In this document: piece by piece, positions 36,420 to 38,008 of the stretch
How the letters are laid out: each line of letters starts with the position of its first letter
Position numbering within the stretch: the first letter of the stretch is position 1
Origin: Chiloscyllium plagiosum
Taxonomy: Eukaryota
Assembly: GCF_004010195.1 (NCBI RefSeq)
Contig: NW_025214008.1
Coordinates: forward strand, 1 to 38,008
Direction: 5' to 3'
DNA length: 38,008 bases
Notes under the pieces: generated by a model
The model's database searches: none
What the model was told of the DNA's origin: nothing
The model's input: only the letters and a program-made list of their open reading frames with translations
Translations under genes and position numbers: made by a program

Positions 36420-37560
36420 ATGAAGGACTGGGGTGCCCACAAGCTTGCATCTAAATGATCAGCGAGTTTGAAATGCATAAGATGATATACCAGAGAGGCA
36501 ATTGCAGAGGGCTAATTTGGCACCGCTGATCAACAACTCATCAAAGTGACTGCCAAGCAAATATTCATTGACTTAAGCTTTTTTAATGTCCATTCGTTGC
36601 GACCTGTTAGATGTCGAATTGACATGGAATGTCAACGACAAACTGTTAATGATTGCAATTCCTCGGCATTTGACTCCATCGATTGTCTCCACCTCAGCTG
36701 TATTGGTGGAGGTAGTGGTGCTTTCGACCTCCTGCCTCCTGAAATTGATGATTAGCCCTTTAGTTTCTGTGACACTGAGGTAATGATTGTTATATTTGCA
36801 TCACATCACAAAGCACACCATTTTGTTCTTCTGTCTCAGTATTATTTGATATGCAGTCTAAAATTAACTTGTCGATGAATGCGGATCCAGGGAATATAAT
36901 AAGGGGCTGAGTGCATAATGTTGAGAGGCGTCGGCATGGAGGATTATCGTGGAGGAAGTGTTTGTCTCGTTTCACTGTTTATGGTCTGTGGGTCAAGAAT
37001 TGAGGATTCCAATTGCAGATGGAAGAGCCGCCACCTGGGTCTTAGAGCAAGGACATTGGTTTGGTTACAAGCATTGTGTTGTTAGGCAATTCTGTAGTCC
37101 TAATGTCGAAGCCTGATGTAGTTCATATGGATGTTCAGATATTCCAGTGGGTAGTGTAGAGCTAGAAAGATGGTATGTGACTTGAACCTATTGGGTCGGT
37201 CGACAAATTGCAAGAGATCAAGTCATGATAGATTTGATATGAGCAAGAAGTAATCTCTTGAAGCTTTTCATAATTATGAAGGTGAGAGCCACAGAATGGA
37301 AGTCATTGAGACACGTTGTATTTGTTTTGTGTGATACCCGGATTGTGCTGGCCTTCTTGAAGCAGGTGAGGACTTCAGATTGTAGCTAGTACAGGTTAAA
37401 GATATTAGCGAATACTCCCACTAGTGCCGGGGAATCCATTTGGCACAGTCGCTTTCCTTGAGTTCACTCACAAAAAAGCTGGTCGGACATATGTGGTGTT
37501 CACTGAGAGAGCAAGTGCATTATGGCTTTCGGGCAGGTGACAAATTTTCAATGACCTGCT
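36420..37560 (-). mobile_element. Rex1/Babar-type non-LTR retrotransposon RT fragment, decayed
   Basis: Minus strand gives CISNNTETE (ORF 36790-36975, cf. ISNNDETEY), LSVTETKGLIINFRR (36727-36780, cf. LNVSKTKELIIDFR), VLTCFKKA (GAAGCAGGTGAGGAC ~37360, cf. VPTCFK) and LSPLLYSL (CAGGGAATATAATAAGGGGCTGAG ~36888). Confidence 0.75.
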
Positions 37561-37579
37561 GTGTCAACCAAGCAGGCAA

Positions 37580-37928
37580 TGCAATGATTCAGTGGTTAGC
37601 ACTGCTACCTCATTCTGGCAGGGATCTCTGTTCCATTGCAGCTCAGGGCAACTGTTTGAGAGGCCTTTGCACAATCTGTCTGTGTCTGTGTGGGTTTTCT
37701 CTGGGTGCTCCGGTTTCCTCCCACTATGCCAGTTATATGCAGTTTAGGTGAATTGGACATAATAAATTTCCCATACTGCTCATGGACGTAATGCGTAGGT
37801 GCATTAGTGAGGGGCTAATCGAGTGCAATAGCGTCAGGGAATGGATCCAGGTAGGTTTCTCTTTGCAGGTTCGGTGTGGACTTGTTGTGCCAAATGGACT
37901 GTTGCCACACTGCTGGGATTCTATAATA
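37580..37928 (+). mobile_element. HE1-like tRNA-derived SINE (moderately decayed)
   Basis: CAGTGGTTAGCACTGCTACCTCA head, GGGTGCTCCGGTTTCCTCCCAC core, TCGGTGTGGACTTGTTGTGCCAAATGGACTGTTGCCACACTG tail; similar to 19838-20143. Confidence 0.88.
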
Positions 37929-38008
37929 ATATGCGCCCGCTTGGAGAAGGGGAGGTATTGTGTTAGAAATTGTGCTCGGCTTTATATTTTTTTAGCCATG
38001 TTAATAGC

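Noticed and set aside
37981..38008. Pyrimidine tract plus AG (37994-37995) as acceptor for GPCR exon 2
   Set aside because: Splicing would give GVP-A-M-L-I, lacking the near-invariant TM1 Asn (GxPxN), and only 13 nt follow.

Overview
Eukaryotic, repeat-saturated vertebrate DNA, very probably from a cartilaginous fish (shark). That taxon is inferred from HE1-type SINEs and shark-type CR1 and Penelope families. Most of the window is decayed retroelements (many CR1 LINE fragments, Penelope-like elements with inverted termini and hammerhead-like motifs, tRNA-derived SINEs, one Rex1/Babar-type LINE) plus long degenerate ~35-38 bp purine-rich tandem arrays that appear to derive from an L2 LINE ORF2 segment. 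Two structures stand out. (1) An old, highly diverged direct segmental duplication (~5300-18040 vs ~21810-31100), shown by shared deletion junctions and a shared SINE insertion. (2) One credible host coding exon at 34834-35014 (+), encoding the N-terminus and start of TM1 of a GPR139/GPR142-like rhodopsin-family GPCR, ending at a canonical G|GTAAGT donor; its second exon is not in the window. Almost all listed ORFs are transposon debris or chance. Repeat boundaries are read by eye and approximate.
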